A stretch of DNA of 64,000 nt from Coniocarpon cinnabarinum (taxonomy: Eukaryota): contig JAVECO010000048.1 in assembly GCA_051942205.1 (NCBI GenBank), forward strand, positions 1 through 64,000. The letters run 5' to 3'. Every line of letters starts with the position of its first letter. The stretch's first letter is position 1. The notes beneath the pieces were generated by a model, which saw only the letters and a program-made list of their open reading frames with translations, was not told where the DNA came from and did not search any database. Of this stretch, positions 12,897 to 25,500 are shown one piece after another. The position numbers and the translations under genes were made by a program.

Positions 12897-14374
12897 TGCT
12901 GACAGGGTGATCGTGATTTCGAGTTGCAGAAGACCGCAGAGATCTGCAGTCGGCGTCGTTGTTTTTAAGCATTCCTGTTATCTGTCTACGTGACTCACCT
13001 GCGGTGTTCAGCCACAGAGTCTGGGAGACGAACACTTCCTCGCACGAGGCAAACGATCAAGGAATAACCACCAAAGAGGTCGCAAAGTGAACGTGCAACA
13101 GTAAGCTGAGATGCAAGACGCATTGGTCACTGCAGTAATCGTCACGTCGCCAAGATGTGGATGGACATTTACAGGCACGATCCTGGTCTAGACCCCAAGT
13201 GAGTCAGACATGCACATATGCTCAGCCACTCAGGCTCCTGTATTGGGCCCAGGGGCCTGTCGTAGGCTGGGTGCTCTCTCCCCTCTCCACACTTGTTGCG
13301 ACGACGGATGTAGGGACCGAAGGCATTCTGCGAAAGAGTATTCAGCACACGGATGCTGAAAAGAAACACCGAGGTTTCCATACTGACAGAAGGTCTGAGA
13401 GAGGTTCGCGTGAGTCTGCAGCGGGGGATTCTCGCACATACGTTCGCGAAATCATCAGGCAATTAGAGTGCCCGAGCAGGAGCCCACTCACTGCCTGGTC
13501 GAGTCATTGACGATGGTATGAGAAGAGTAACGGTACCACGATGCTGATGCGGCTGAAATTGCGCCACGATTCTCGATACCATACCTTGATCATGAGTCAA
13601 GCCATGTCACGTGCATGTCCTGGTATATCTTCATACGCGCGCGAGCGACTCCTGTTTATTCCGCATTCTCCCAAGTTGAGCATCGTTTCTCTGCATGTTT
13701 CGAGAATGGCTCGGAGTGATAATAGCCGACACCTTGATCGCCTGCAACCAAGTATCTTCCGCATACGTTGCCGTGAGATGACAAATGAAATATTCTCGTA
13801 GCTTTTCCGAGCTCCTACAGTCAATCGCGCAAGCACCGCATCCTCGCTCCGAACGTGCTCGTCAATGTCCTTGAGTGTCTTGTATCTGACAGAATGCACT
13901 GTAGGAGACGAGCGAATGAGCCGTGAAGGTAGGACTCTCGAAGCTCGAGCTGATGAATTTTCAGTCATTTTTGGCTCCAGTACGCGCTTTCGATATAAAC
14001 CCTGCTTCCAATGACCTCATCATCTGTTGGGCCTCAGAACTTAGCATCATACGTTTAATCATCTCAAGGTACGCTTAAGAGTCACTTCAAATCAAATAAG
14101 GCTAACACGCGTGCACAGCTCATTGGATTCTGTTCTTTGCTGGCCATGGAAGTTTTCTGAAATAACGTATCGACGAATAGGTCTGCTCTGCACTAAGAGT
14201 TAGCACGAGTGACACATTTACATCTAAAGATAAGACTGCTCAAGTTTAAAAGATGGGATGAAATGATATCAAGCTACGTCCTATTTACATGCTCATTGGA
14301 CCAACCATCAATGCGTCACGATCTCGTCTCTGACCCTCAGCTGATATCGACCATCGCCAAAGCGGTCCCCTCAT

Positions 14375-14945
14375 CTATGCATTGAAATGCCAAACGATGT
14401 TGAACTGTCCGGGAGGATCAAGGTGCCCACCGGTCAGAGCCTGGAAAGCGCCAGTGGAGAGATCTAGAATGTCTTCAGCATATCTTGGCAAACATTCAAA
14501 GTTCTGAATCACTCACCAAGATGATTCTCGTCACAGCCTGGGCAAGTGTCCGCAACTTTGACAGTAATCGTCTTGCCCTTGCCATTGTTGCTCTGGCCAC
14601 CGCCATTGTTCGTGACCTGAATGGTGCGACCACAGTAGGTGCCCTGATTCATCCAGTATGGAGAAAGAGCCGCAATGTATGCACTGTCTGGGTTGTAGTT
14701 GCCGCACGAGCCGGCAGCACCGTTCTGATTGTAGTATGTGGCAACACCGGAGTGACTGCAACGCGTGACAATGCATCAGCAAAACGAGCCTCTTCAGGAT
14801 CATTCCAAGGATACTGTTCCTGAACTACAACTCACTCAGTACGCTTTGCCAACGGAGCGGCAAGGGTGGCCGATGGCTGGGGCAGGGCAGCCACCCCAGT
14901 CAGCAGTGCCGGCGCCACGAGCGCAACAGAGAGAAGGTTGAGCAT
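14375..14945 (-). CDS. Secreted RlpA-like double-psi beta-barrel protein (loosenin/expansin-like), 145 aa
   Basis: Not in the ORF track. Exons 14945-14836, 14755-14517 and 14463-14375 with GTGAGT..AG introns give MLNLLSVALVAPALLTGVAALP...LAKR-TDHSGVATYYNQNGAAGSCG...IAALS...YCGRTIQV...VKVADTCPGCDENHLDLSTGAFQAL...IVWHFNA*. Confidence 0.92.
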
Positions 14946-17900
14946 GATGGTGTAAGGCGCTTTCGAGTACTCTTTGCTTGGGCGATCAAGATGAGAACGA
15001 GAATGAGAGGTGATGCTGCAGATTTGAATTCTGTGAGTTCCATTTCTCTCCTCTTATAACCTTGTTGTTCTCGCAACAGAGGGGAATTTGGCAGTCGGCA
15101 TGACTCTCCCCGCTCGACAGTGCGGTCTGGGTCTTTCGCTAACCATTTCCTCTCACGACACGTCGAAGCAACTGTTGCATGCGTTGCTTGTCAGCTCGTA
15201 TAGTGACCAGCATGTACAAAAGTTGATAGGTATTTCATCCAAGAAGCTTGAGGTTACGCACATGTCCCAAGGATTACCCACTCGACACGTCCATGAGCGT
15301 TTCTGTCAGCACGAAACGGAAAGGTTGACCATCTGACACCCATAACGAGGTACACCGCCGCCACAGGTGCTAAGGGTCATAAGAGTGGGCCGCTGACCGG
15401 GCATCACTGTTCGCACACTTACTAACGCTGGCCGGCCCTGGTCACTCAAACGTTCGCCGCTCCACAAGGCAGTAAAGATTTTCAAGTTGCTAAACACTGT
15501 CTAGAGCGAAGTAAAAAGGGAGGCTCAAAACAAGCTGATAATATCAAGACCTCGCCTCTTGCCGCACGTCCCGTACAGGGCGTAGGATGTACTGGCTCCT
15601 CTACAGCCAGTCAGATTCTGCATGATTCATGCACTGCGATCGAAGGGAATGCCTTACAAAACAATTACGCTACCTCATCGAAGCAACAAATTTGCCCGAA
15701 ACAGCTCCTATTCACCCAGTCAGCCATGCAGCTATTCCGCAAGCGACTGTCCGAGGGTCCACACCAAAAAGGCTTAACACAACTTCAAGTGATCGAATGC
15801 GGTCTAGCGTGTCTCGTACCTGCATCTAAGCCTGCACCTCAGCCTGCCTCTCAGCTTATAGATCAAGGTGATGCGACCCTGCAACCCGCTTCTTCGTCGC
15901 CACCGGCAAGGTCGGGGCGACCTTGCGATTTAGTCAACGACGTCTTTCCCAAAAGGTCGGCGGGCTTTTTCACAGTACATGATCAAAGACTTACGACGAG
16001 ACTCCTGCATAGTGTAATTTCAGGGGTCTCGCACTTACGGCCTTGTGCCGCAAGTGGATTGAAACGATTCTTGACCGAAGTACATGCAGTCATCTGATTG
16101 TCACATCGGCCCATGATATTGCAGTCACACTTCTCTAACGGATATGCATCTCGAACGCACCCGAGTTAAAGAATGTCATTTGTCCTGTACATTACTCTCG
16201 TAAGATTATCTGACCCACTCTAGGCTTGTCCACGGTCAATAGGTGTGATTCGAGGCCCATGCCATTACTCACACCGCTCGCTTAGGCATTGTCGAAGTTG
16301 TCACTCATGGCGCGATCTCCACCACCAATGGTAAACCAGGTCCTGTTCCTAATTATGCACTGCTGTGACCCGAGTGAGCGAACCACTTGGAGCCGAACAC
16401 CCACGTCGATCGTCCTCTTGTCGAGCAAATCGTGAAGCCACGGGGTCAGGCGATATCTCTACGTGCGCGCTCAGCTTATGGTAGCATAAGGGTTGTTTCC
16501 AGAAGGCACAGCTCGAAGTAGCCGATCACGCGAGGCGCACGACACGCCACGCATCTGGAAACGCATGTGCGTCTGCCTCGGCTTCAACTGGCCAGAGACT
16601 TTGCCACCACCGTTCCAAGCAACGGGCTCGCTACTGAGCTCCCACCGGTACATTTCCTGATACATGTCGAATAGTCATGCGTAGTTGCATCAACCTAATC
16701 GCTTGCATCGTGTCATTGAGGTCAGCTTCGGCAGTCCAAGAGGCGGAGAACTCCTTTCCTGTCTCCCGCAGTGCAACATCAGAGTGCTCTGTGCATTTTT
16801 CTTGCCCTCTTTCTCTTGAGTAAGGTTTCGGGTTTCATAACAGTCAAACAACGCGATATCGACCTTGTCGCGCCTTGTGTTTCTACAAATGTCGAAACAA
16901 CAATTTGAAGATTTCTGCCATGAGAGCCAACACCACCGTCGGCCGTGAAGAGGAGGTTTGCGCCAGGGTTTCCTCTGGGTGCTTACCACATATAAACGGC
17001 CTCGTGATCATGTCATCAAATCTTCACTTGTCCCATGCATAAGAAACTAGTATTGGTCGCGTCGGATCAGACTGCTGGTTATAGTCGCCAAACTCGAACT
17101 TCTCGATTGACTGAGTAAAATAAATTCCAGCGAAGTCGAGGTACGCGCGCAAAGCGAGATACCAAAAGGCAAAATTCCATACAAAGCGAAGAGCCAAAGA
17201 CGGAGTCATTGCGAAAAGAAAAGGGAAACGTAGCATCAAGGATGGAAAACAAGGGCGCGGACCATATCCTGCACATACTTTTTTCCTTTCCCGTGGTTGG
17301 TAGAAGGGGCTTCTCTTTGTACACAACACTACGTTGATTTCAAACAAAGTGATGTCGTCACTTGAACGTAGCTCGTTACGCATGCGTGCCTTGATAACAT
17401 CGCTTAATTTTCTTCACATACTCCATCGCCACAGTCCCCTTTATCTCGCACTTGAAAGGTAGAACCAGCGACAATAACGCGAAGAAAACAAAAGAAGTAT
17501 GACCAGATTCAGAAGATAGGAGAGTCAGGAACAACGTGACAAGGGTGATGAAAAGTCGAGCGGAAATCGCATCGCCCAGGCACGTAATCAAGTATGCTGT
17601 CCAAAGTGCTTGAAACCAGCAGCGCTCGAGCACCACGATTATGAGCATAGCCGCTAGTATCTATCCACCTATCTGACGGTGACACAGCAAGCGAGTAGCC
17701 TTAAGCAACACGCAAATTGCGGTAACTGACTGGCAGCGGATTGTAATCGTAACCCGGCAAATTTAGTTAATTGGCGCTTTTGCTTCATGTCTGTATCTGC
17801 TAGACTGCTGCGCATTGCATCAGTGAGCACCGAAATGCAGGTCATTGCACGCGGATTCGTTACCCCATGGCAGTATAACCGCGTTACTTAATGGTGGGTG

Positions 17901-18179
17901 TGAGTGGCGTTTTGATTCGCATAAGTGGGTTTGCTTTAGATACCGTTTACTTCAGATGTCGGACGAGAGTTGTCGATACGATCAGCTATCGAGATATGAC
18001 AGACCTCTTGATATTAACATGAGTCGCAACAACAAATCCACTCAGTGTGGGTGAGACAATTGTTGACCGTCGGTCATAAGCATCATGTACTATCAGTAGT
18101 GTAGTTACGGCTCTTCCCGGTACTTCAACCTTCGATAGTGAGTTATGGCTATAACATGAGTTATAACCATTTTGAATGT

Positions 18180-18720
18180 TCTTAGTGAAGCAGTAACTTT
18201 TGGTTAGTTATGAAAATCAATTGTGAACAGTGATACAGGAGAGCCCATATTGGTTTTTTGATATAATGTTTTTCACCATTCACTGAAGATACTGATGAGG
18301 GCACGGAAGTCAGTCGGAAATAAGCAGGAGCTATGTCGCAAATAAGGCTTCCCTTGAAGATTATTCTACTTGGCGTTGCCGTCGCTGTCCTAGCTATCGT
18401 CGCTATCGATAGCGGTGCCGTCGGTAGCATCAAATTAATAGAAGACTGTACTATTTATCTTTGCAAAGACACTGCTACGCCGCGGGCCAAGTCTACTACG
18501 ATACTGATTGATGATTTGACAAACATTATTCTTATTGAACATAATCCGACTATTACCCTGCTTGAGTCTAATATAGTGAGTACAGTGTTAGTAAGATAAC
18601 CATTGCTTCGCTAGAATCACCGGTTATGGCGTGTAAAGACGACGGCGATAGCTGTGCAGTAAGTAGTAGCTTGAATAAGAAATACTAACTACGGTGGCGC
18701 TATGGGAGGAGTACGAGAAA
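18180..18720 (-). pseudogene. RIP-like mutated gene or repeat relic of unknown origin
   Basis: Local TpA enrichment. One minus-strand frame reads protein-like (…VFY*FDATDGTAIDSDDS*DSDGNAK*NNLQG…) with TAA/TAG stops consistent with CAA/CAG/TGG transitions. Confidence 0.4.
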
Positions 18721-18784
18721 GCAGCGCGGGGAGCGACCTTTTGCGTTTAGATTTAGACGCTGATGGCAGTTGATTTACGAACTC

Positions 18785-18893
18785 GGAGTAAGTTTGGTGA
18801 TGGAAGTGTGTCTGCAACAATTACTGTTGCATCTCAATGGGAGTTAGTCTGGTGATGGAAGTGTGTCTGCAACAATCACTGTTGCATCACCAA
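18785..18893. repeat. 55-bp-period tandem duplication with internal palindromes
   Basis: 39-bp cores at 18795-18833 and 18850-18888 differ at one base. Each contains TGCAACA-N5-TGTTGCA. Confidence 0.9.
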
Positions 18894-19153
18894 TTCGAAA
18901 AGTCAGAAGCACGCGCAGACAACGAATGAATTCAACGGCTAACACTAGCTAGTTTTCCCGTCACTCAGACGCTTTCGTTGACATGATGCCTGATCGAATG
19001 ACGACAGTCCGTCTCATTCCAACCGATACTGCAATTTTCTTCGCCGATCTTTCGCCCCGCCGTCCCCTTCCATCACAGTGACTAGCACCGAGGTTTCCCC
19101 ACTTCATACCGAGGAGAGGTGGCGATCACTTCTCCATAGCGGTATTCGCTTCT

Positions 19154-19333
19154 CTACTTGCCGCCCTTGTCGGGTGGGTTGCCGCCCAAGGGGTTGATGT
19201 GTTTCTTCGCGCTTTCACCCATGTCTTTGGCTTTCTTGCCCCAGGACTCCTTGTTCTTCTGCTCTTCGGCTTTTTTGGCGCCCTCGTCGTTCTTCTTGGC
19301 TTTGTCGAGGCGGTCTTTCATGTCTTTGTCCAT
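19154..19333 (-). CDS. 59-aa highly charged small protein (hydrophilin/LEA-like composition)
   Basis: MDKDMKDRLDKAKKNDEGAKKAEEQKNKESWGKKAKDMGESAKKHINPLGGNPPDKGGK*. Ideal CCACCATGG start context, biased codons (AAG/GAC/GCC), CATAAAA box ~165 bp upstream. Confidence 0.7.
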   Translation of the reverse strand: MDKDMKDRLDKAKKNDEGAKKAEEQKNKESWGKKAKDMGESAKKHINPLGGNPPDKGGK

Positions 19334-19556
19334 GGTGGATGGCTTGGAGAAGGTCGAAACGGCTTGGTTTGATGTAGAGAGTTGTTGAGAGTCTTCTTGA
19401 GTCGGGTTGATGTAGTGGTGGGTAATGAATTGTCTTGTCTGGTGGGGTCTGGTCTGTCGAAAAAAAGAGAGGGAAACAGATGCAATCGCGTCGCTTTTAT
19501 GCTCTTCATGCTCACGCAGGCAACAAGACACGTAGTCACTCGACACACTGTCCGTC

Positions 19557-19592
19557 GTTTGCTGCGACGTGTTTGCTGCGACGTGTTTGCTG
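19557..19592. repeat. 14-bp tandem repeat (GTTTGCTGCGACGT x2.6)
   Basis: Direct reading; lies upstream of the 59-aa gene. Confidence 0.85.
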
Positions 19593-21829
19593 AAGGAGAG
19601 TTGCTACGGTGTCAGGAGGCGGGTCCCGCAAGCATCCAGACATGACACAGCGAAGGCATGCACACGGCTCTCGAACGCTCGAAGGACGACATGCTTGCAG
19701 AAGATATTGGGTCGACTTGACCGCGCCAGTCGGAGTGGCATAAAAGGTACAACTTTGCAATCCTTCGATGTTGGTGAATCCTTGTACACTTTTGCAGTGC
19801 GTGTGGAGGCGAAAGGAGGCCAGCGCGAGGGAGATCTTCCTGTTCGCAACTACTCCACCTGCAGAGCTAACACGACGAGTGATCTAAGACGCTCATTCAA
19901 CCGCAGAGTTGCTTCGATTCCTCCCCTCTCTTTCGGCTTCTTCGAATAAAGAAGGCTCCAACGGCCGGGGGATATTGTGCAGCACAGGACAATGCCGCAT
20001 GCAGATTCTCCTCAGACAAACGAGTGCAACGATTAGAACGGCATGTAGGTATTGAACATTTTGTTCATCTTGTCTTGAGGGTCATTCATTCCACGTCTCA
20101 GAGAGTCTTGATCTCGCAGGGTGTTTTGAAACCTCCCCTGAATGGAGCCAGATCAAGTGTAGCGGCTCTACTCCAGTCTCTGAACAGCATTGCACGGGCT
20201 TCGTGCTCATGGCCTACGGTGTGCATACAGTGGTGAAAGTAATGGTCACGTACCTTGATCTCGCATGAAGGTCTATGCACCAAGGAGGTAAGAGCGATAC
20301 ATGACCACATCCTGCAGGAGTGATGAGCGAATGGTGCGTTTCACAGCCTTGCAAAGAACAAGGCCTGAGACCCGTTTGCATCGATTGATATGGCGAGTTG
20401 TGAAGATGCCGTCAACTTGAATCCGGATTTCATCTGCGCAAGTGAGAAAGTATGCATGAGGGTCCATATGCATGAGGGTCCAGCATCTGCGGTGGCGTGG
20501 GGCGGAGACTTCTATTTTCAGCCATCACGCTTCAAGAAGCTAGACCATTCATAATAGGAACGATGAGCCGCTCTCGGGATGATAAGTGCCCCGACGCAAC
20601 GCGTGCGTCGTGACAGGAGGCGCGGGCGGTTCGGCAGCATCGGAAGCGACCCCCGTGGAACCAAGTGATGAAGTGACGATAGCCAACGAAAGTGACGTTG
20701 CGGGAGCACAGGACATCTGACTTCGGAATCGATCATGTTGAAAAATGCCAACACTCGATGTCGTTGCCCCTTGCGATCGAGTGTGGGAAATGCAGTGAAG
20801 CTAGCTGCGACGGCGGAGCTCTCGTGAGTTTAGATGGGCGAAGTGTCCAGTGAGGGAAACAGCTTGACGTGTCAGCAACGCAGCTTCACACGGACGAAGC
20901 TTCACAACTACAAGTGTCAACGATGAGCAATACTCTGATATAGCAGATCGTCATCATGTTCGTTCACGTGATTCACATGCTTGGCTCCCGCCACATAGCC
21001 ATCCACTATTCACTCCTCGTGGTGAAGTGACTCCGACTCGTGTTTTTTCAAGCTAAAAGCCTCGAGCCTGGGGACATCGAAACTTGAAGATTGGTCACGG
21101 TGCGGTGTGCGTGAGGAAACTCGGGACGCTTTTTCATTGGCGTGCGCACGACATCACGACGGCATATCATCAAGGAGCCTCTCATTACTCCAACCACCCA
21201 CCACCCACTCAACAGCGCGTTTCGTCGCCTCATCCAGGTTTTCCTGCGGCAAGTGCAAAACTTTATTCACGAGCATATGAATCAGCTCATGATCTCCATT
21301 CCCGTTTTCGTAAAACAAGCGCGCGTACCTCGCCTTCTATACCCAAACATCTGACCCTGCTGCAACACAGCCAACCCGTCCTCTCTTCTCTTCTCCGATT
21401 TCTCATGCATAATCATCCAGTCTTTGTCGCTCGTCCATAAACGCGTTTCAAAGAATTCAACATATCCCGCTGACTCACCTTCAGCTCTCGAAACACAGCC
21501 CCTTATTCTTCCACTCGACGACGCACGGGGACGCTCCGCTTCGTTTTCAGGCAGATTAACCAGCACCGCCACAGGCCTTCCAATTGCTCCCACGTTACGG
21601 CGGTTATCTTCGTCTCTGTACCATCATACAATGTCACATTCTCGCCGGATGTCGAAACCAAAACAGGCCTCCCCAGACTCGGGCTTATTCGTACCACAAC
21701 TCGCATGCCATGGCATGTAGCTCGAGCGGGCCTGAGTGACCTGCTCGCTTCGCTCGAGGGTAGCTGCTGTACAGATCTTTGTTGCGCAGCTTGGGTTCTG
21801 GATACAGATCTATACGCGTTAGGTCATCA

Positions 21830-22065
21830 CTCCAAAATAATAGCGCGCTATTCCCGTGCCACTACAAATCTATGTAAAATAGAGCTTTCTTCTAACACAT
21901 AGTCTTTACTAGAACTTTACACGCTTTTTCATAATGAGTAAATAGAACCGCTTTTTTTATAAAGTAGACGACATCTTTATGCTACTTTGTATAGTAGAGC
22001 GGATCTTTATAAAGTATTAAACTCTTTTATATAGTATTTTAGATATTCTATAAGTATAATAAACG
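21830..22065. other. Short AT-rich RIP-like patch
   Basis: Abrupt TpA-rich, CpA/TpG-poor island within sequence of ordinary GC content. Confidence 0.5.
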
Positions 22066-22506
22066 CATGAAATTTATTTCTGAACAGAAATTTTGTGGAG
22101 TAGTGCGCGTAGCATCGAGGGTAGTACAGAAAAACGCGGTGCCCACAAGTCGAGCGCTTGAAAAATCTGTTGTGCTTGAATTTTGCGGTTACTTCGGTAC
22201 GATAGCTTTAATTTACTCGTCGTGGAATCGTATCGAGAACCTCCGTACATTACGCTCAAAGAACACCGCGGTGACATGCTTGCCAAAGTCATCAAAAAGC
22301 AACAGAAACGCGTTCCTGCTGTGAAGAACTGCGGCTCTCAACCATCATCGTCATTCGTAGGCACCATAACTATGTATACAGGTCCAATACGACCTGACCA
22401 TGTCCAAGTATATCCCAGACCAAACGAGGGTATCATGGTATCTCAAAACATTCCACCAAAATCAAAAGACATCCAACGCCAGCAGAGACCAGCTCCATGC
22501 AGCTTT

Positions 22507-25500
22507 CTAAAATCCAAACTTCGAGAACCAGCCACTATTCCGCTTGGGCTTGTCGCCCTCCACGTCCATTGGATCACCCAAAGGATCCGTTTCAAACATG
22601 CTATCGCGCTTGCGATCGTCCACGTCGTCGGGCTCGCTCTTCTTCTCATTGCGGGCGCGTTCCCTATCTTTGCGGTAACTGCTCATGCGAGGCGCTTTTT
22701 CCTTCTTGGAGACACCGCGTTTGGGTGCAGGCGCGGTCGGGCCCAGATCAGGAGGTCCATCGATGATGGTCGCCTGGTCTGGCGGTGGAAGAGGAGGCTC
22801 TGCGTTGACATTGTCAACCCAGGACGCGGTCTTATCCGTGCCCTTGCGAGTTATCCCTGGTCGCTCCGGCTTCGGGACCTCAGCCGTCGACTTGCGTCGT
22901 GAGGATGAGGCGGGGAGATCAGCACCTGCCATTGAAGCACGCCGTCGATCTGAGTGCCGCTCCTCTTTGTGCCGTCGCTCGTTATCGGTATCCGCTGCAT
23001 AGGAACGTCGACGACTCTCTTTTTCCATTCGCGGTCGAGTGGCAGGGGGCAGCTCGGCGCTCTCTCGCTCTTTGCGCCGTCGGCGTCTTTCTTCACGCTC
23101 GACCTGCATCGCTTCATCACCGGCGCGAAGCCTCTCTTCTTTCTCTCGCCGTCTCGCCCGTCGCTCCTCTTCTTTAGCGATCAACGCCTCCTTCTCTTTT
23201 CGACGTAGCTCCCTTTCTTTTTCTTTGCGACGCGCGGCTCGATCTTCAGCATCCTTCAGGGCCTTGTCCTTCTCTGCACGGCGAGCTGCGCGACGTTCAG
23301 CGCGACGAGCCTCTGCTTCCTCGAGTGCGGCGGGGTCTTCAGCTTCGGCACTGGCATCCTTGTTGCGTTCGACCCTCCTCGATTCACGTCGCAGACGCTT
23401 GGCGTCTTCGTCTGGATCTCTCTCTTTCTTGCGTTGTGATCCAAAGAAGGATCCCATGAAGCCACCGCCATTGGCACCAGAGCCCGAGTTGACGGCAGTT
23501 GATCCATCCATGGTGTTTGATCGCTTGGCTGAGCTGGATGCGCGCTTGAGCCCGGGTCGATCTGCTTTGCCTGGGGGAGCTGGCTCCCCAAGAATCGGAT
23601 CGTCGTCTAGGAGCGAATCGCGCTTCGAACGTTTTTCCGCCTTGCTTTTCTTGGAGTCCTTGGGAGGCGGTGGTGGGTTGGTCGGTGCGTCAGGCATGAG
23701 CAGGTCCTCGTCGTCCAGGGAGTATGGGTCAGGGGTCTTTTTCGGCTTGAACTTGGCATTGGATCCCAGGGACTTTCCAATGCCAAGGGTTTTCGCCGCC
23801 TTCGCTGCCACCTTGAGCTTGACATCGTTTTCTGGTGGAGGCGAGGGCAAACCAGACTTGACATCAACCGAGTTGCGACGCTTTGAGGTCGACTCTCTCC
23901 GAGGAGTGGAAGTCGATTGACGCGTGGACTGGGTGCGTGACGGTGGTGGGGCACCTGCAAAGAATGATGAAAAGGATGATCCTCGAGCGGGTTTGGTCGG
24001 ACGCTCTTTGGATTTGCCTTCGTCCGAGCCGGACCCAGACGATTTCTCCGCGTCCTTGTCAGTAGCTTTACGCGCAGATGCAGATCGGCTGAGCTTGGGC
24101 GCTGCCGAGCGGTCCTTGTCCTTTAGAGAGGATGGTGGCAAACCTCGTGACTTGCTGCTCGTGCCTTTCTCTTTCTTGCTCTCCTTGACGGGCGTCTCCT
24201 CGGGCTCTTCGTGCTTTTCGTCCTTCTTGGGAGGAGCAGCGCCAAAGAATGCTCCCCACGAAGAGCCGCTTTCGTCGCGCTTGACTTTCGGCCGCTCCTT
24301 TTTACTGTCCTTTTTCTCGTCAACTTCTGGGGGTGGCGTTGGCAGCTTGGGCGGCGATTCGGCCTTGTCTTTCTTGTTAGCAGACTTGGAGGCTTTCTCC
24401 TTGTCTTGGTCTTTGGCCTTGGACGATTTGTCTTTCTTGGGGTCTACGGCAGCTGGTGGAGGCGGGGGTGGCGGCACGTCAATGACCTCTGCAGCCTTGG
24501 AAGTTACTTTGGAAGATTTGTCGTTCTTGGATGCCTTCTTGTCTTTCTTGGGTGGTTCCGCAGCAGGCATGTCAAGAACACCCCAGTCGTCTTCAGGAAA
24601 TTCGCCGGGGAGAGGCGAGGGCACGTGAGTGAAGTCGGGCTCGGGGTCGGGCTCAAGGGCTTTCTTCTTTTTACTGGACGACGAGGTCTCGGTGCGCAAA
24701 AGACCAGGCTTGTTGGACTTGTCCTTTTCCTTTCCCTTTTCCTTTTCCTTTTCCTGGGAGCCTGCAGGTTTCTTGTCCCTGAGTGACGAATCAGCAGGCG
24801 GCAATGTTCCAGAATCCTCGACGGCTTTATCGGCTTTAGCGCTGTCGGTCCTGTCGCCCTTTTTGTCTCTGTCGCTTTTCTTGTCTTCACCTTGCAGCCG
24901 TTTGATCCTGTCGGTGATGCTCTCTTTTGCGCCGGTTGCTGCAAACTTGGATGCAGAAGTCTTGGTGGCTGCAGTAGTGGAGGACTTTCTGGGAGCGTCT
25001 TTGGCATTAGGGGTGAACCAATCGGGCTCGCCATCTCCCGGCGGCCCCTGATTGGCCAGAGGCTCATTGGCAATTTCTCTGCTCTTGAGGCCACCTGTCT
25101 TTTTCTCCTTTTCCCCATCTTTGCCTTTGCTAGTCTTCGACGACGCGCCCCAGAAGCCCCACGGGTCCGATTTCTTGGCTCCGCCACTCTCTTGCTGCTC
25201 GGCGAACTCGTCCAGTTGCGATTCCGGCACGGCAGTGAGATCGCCATCAAGCAGCGCATCCAGATCTTCCAATCCAGATGCTTTCTTCTTCTTGTCATTC
25301 TTAGCATCCGCTTTAGCATCGGGTTTGGCGTCAGTCTTCTTCGACTTCGAGTCCTTGGTGCTTGTCTTCTTGAGCGCGGACACACCAGGATCGAGTGTGT
25401 CGTCGTTGAAGATGGCCGCAAATTCATCTTCTTGCGCCTGCTTCTGCTTCGCTTCTGCTTCTTCCTTCTCCTTCTTCTCTTTCTCTTTTTTCTTGGTGTC

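Noticed and set aside
13169..13968. Minus-strand ORFs of 123 and 97 aa
   Set aside because: No domain signature and no convincing intron joining them.
17024..17648. Hydrophobic minus-strand ORFs suggesting a membrane protein relic
   Set aside because: Different frames, no family motif; the hydrophobicity may simply reflect the A-rich plus strand.
18785..18893. CRISPR-like palindromic repeats
   Set aside because: Only two copies, a 16-bp spacer that is itself partly duplicated, eukaryotic context and no cas genes.
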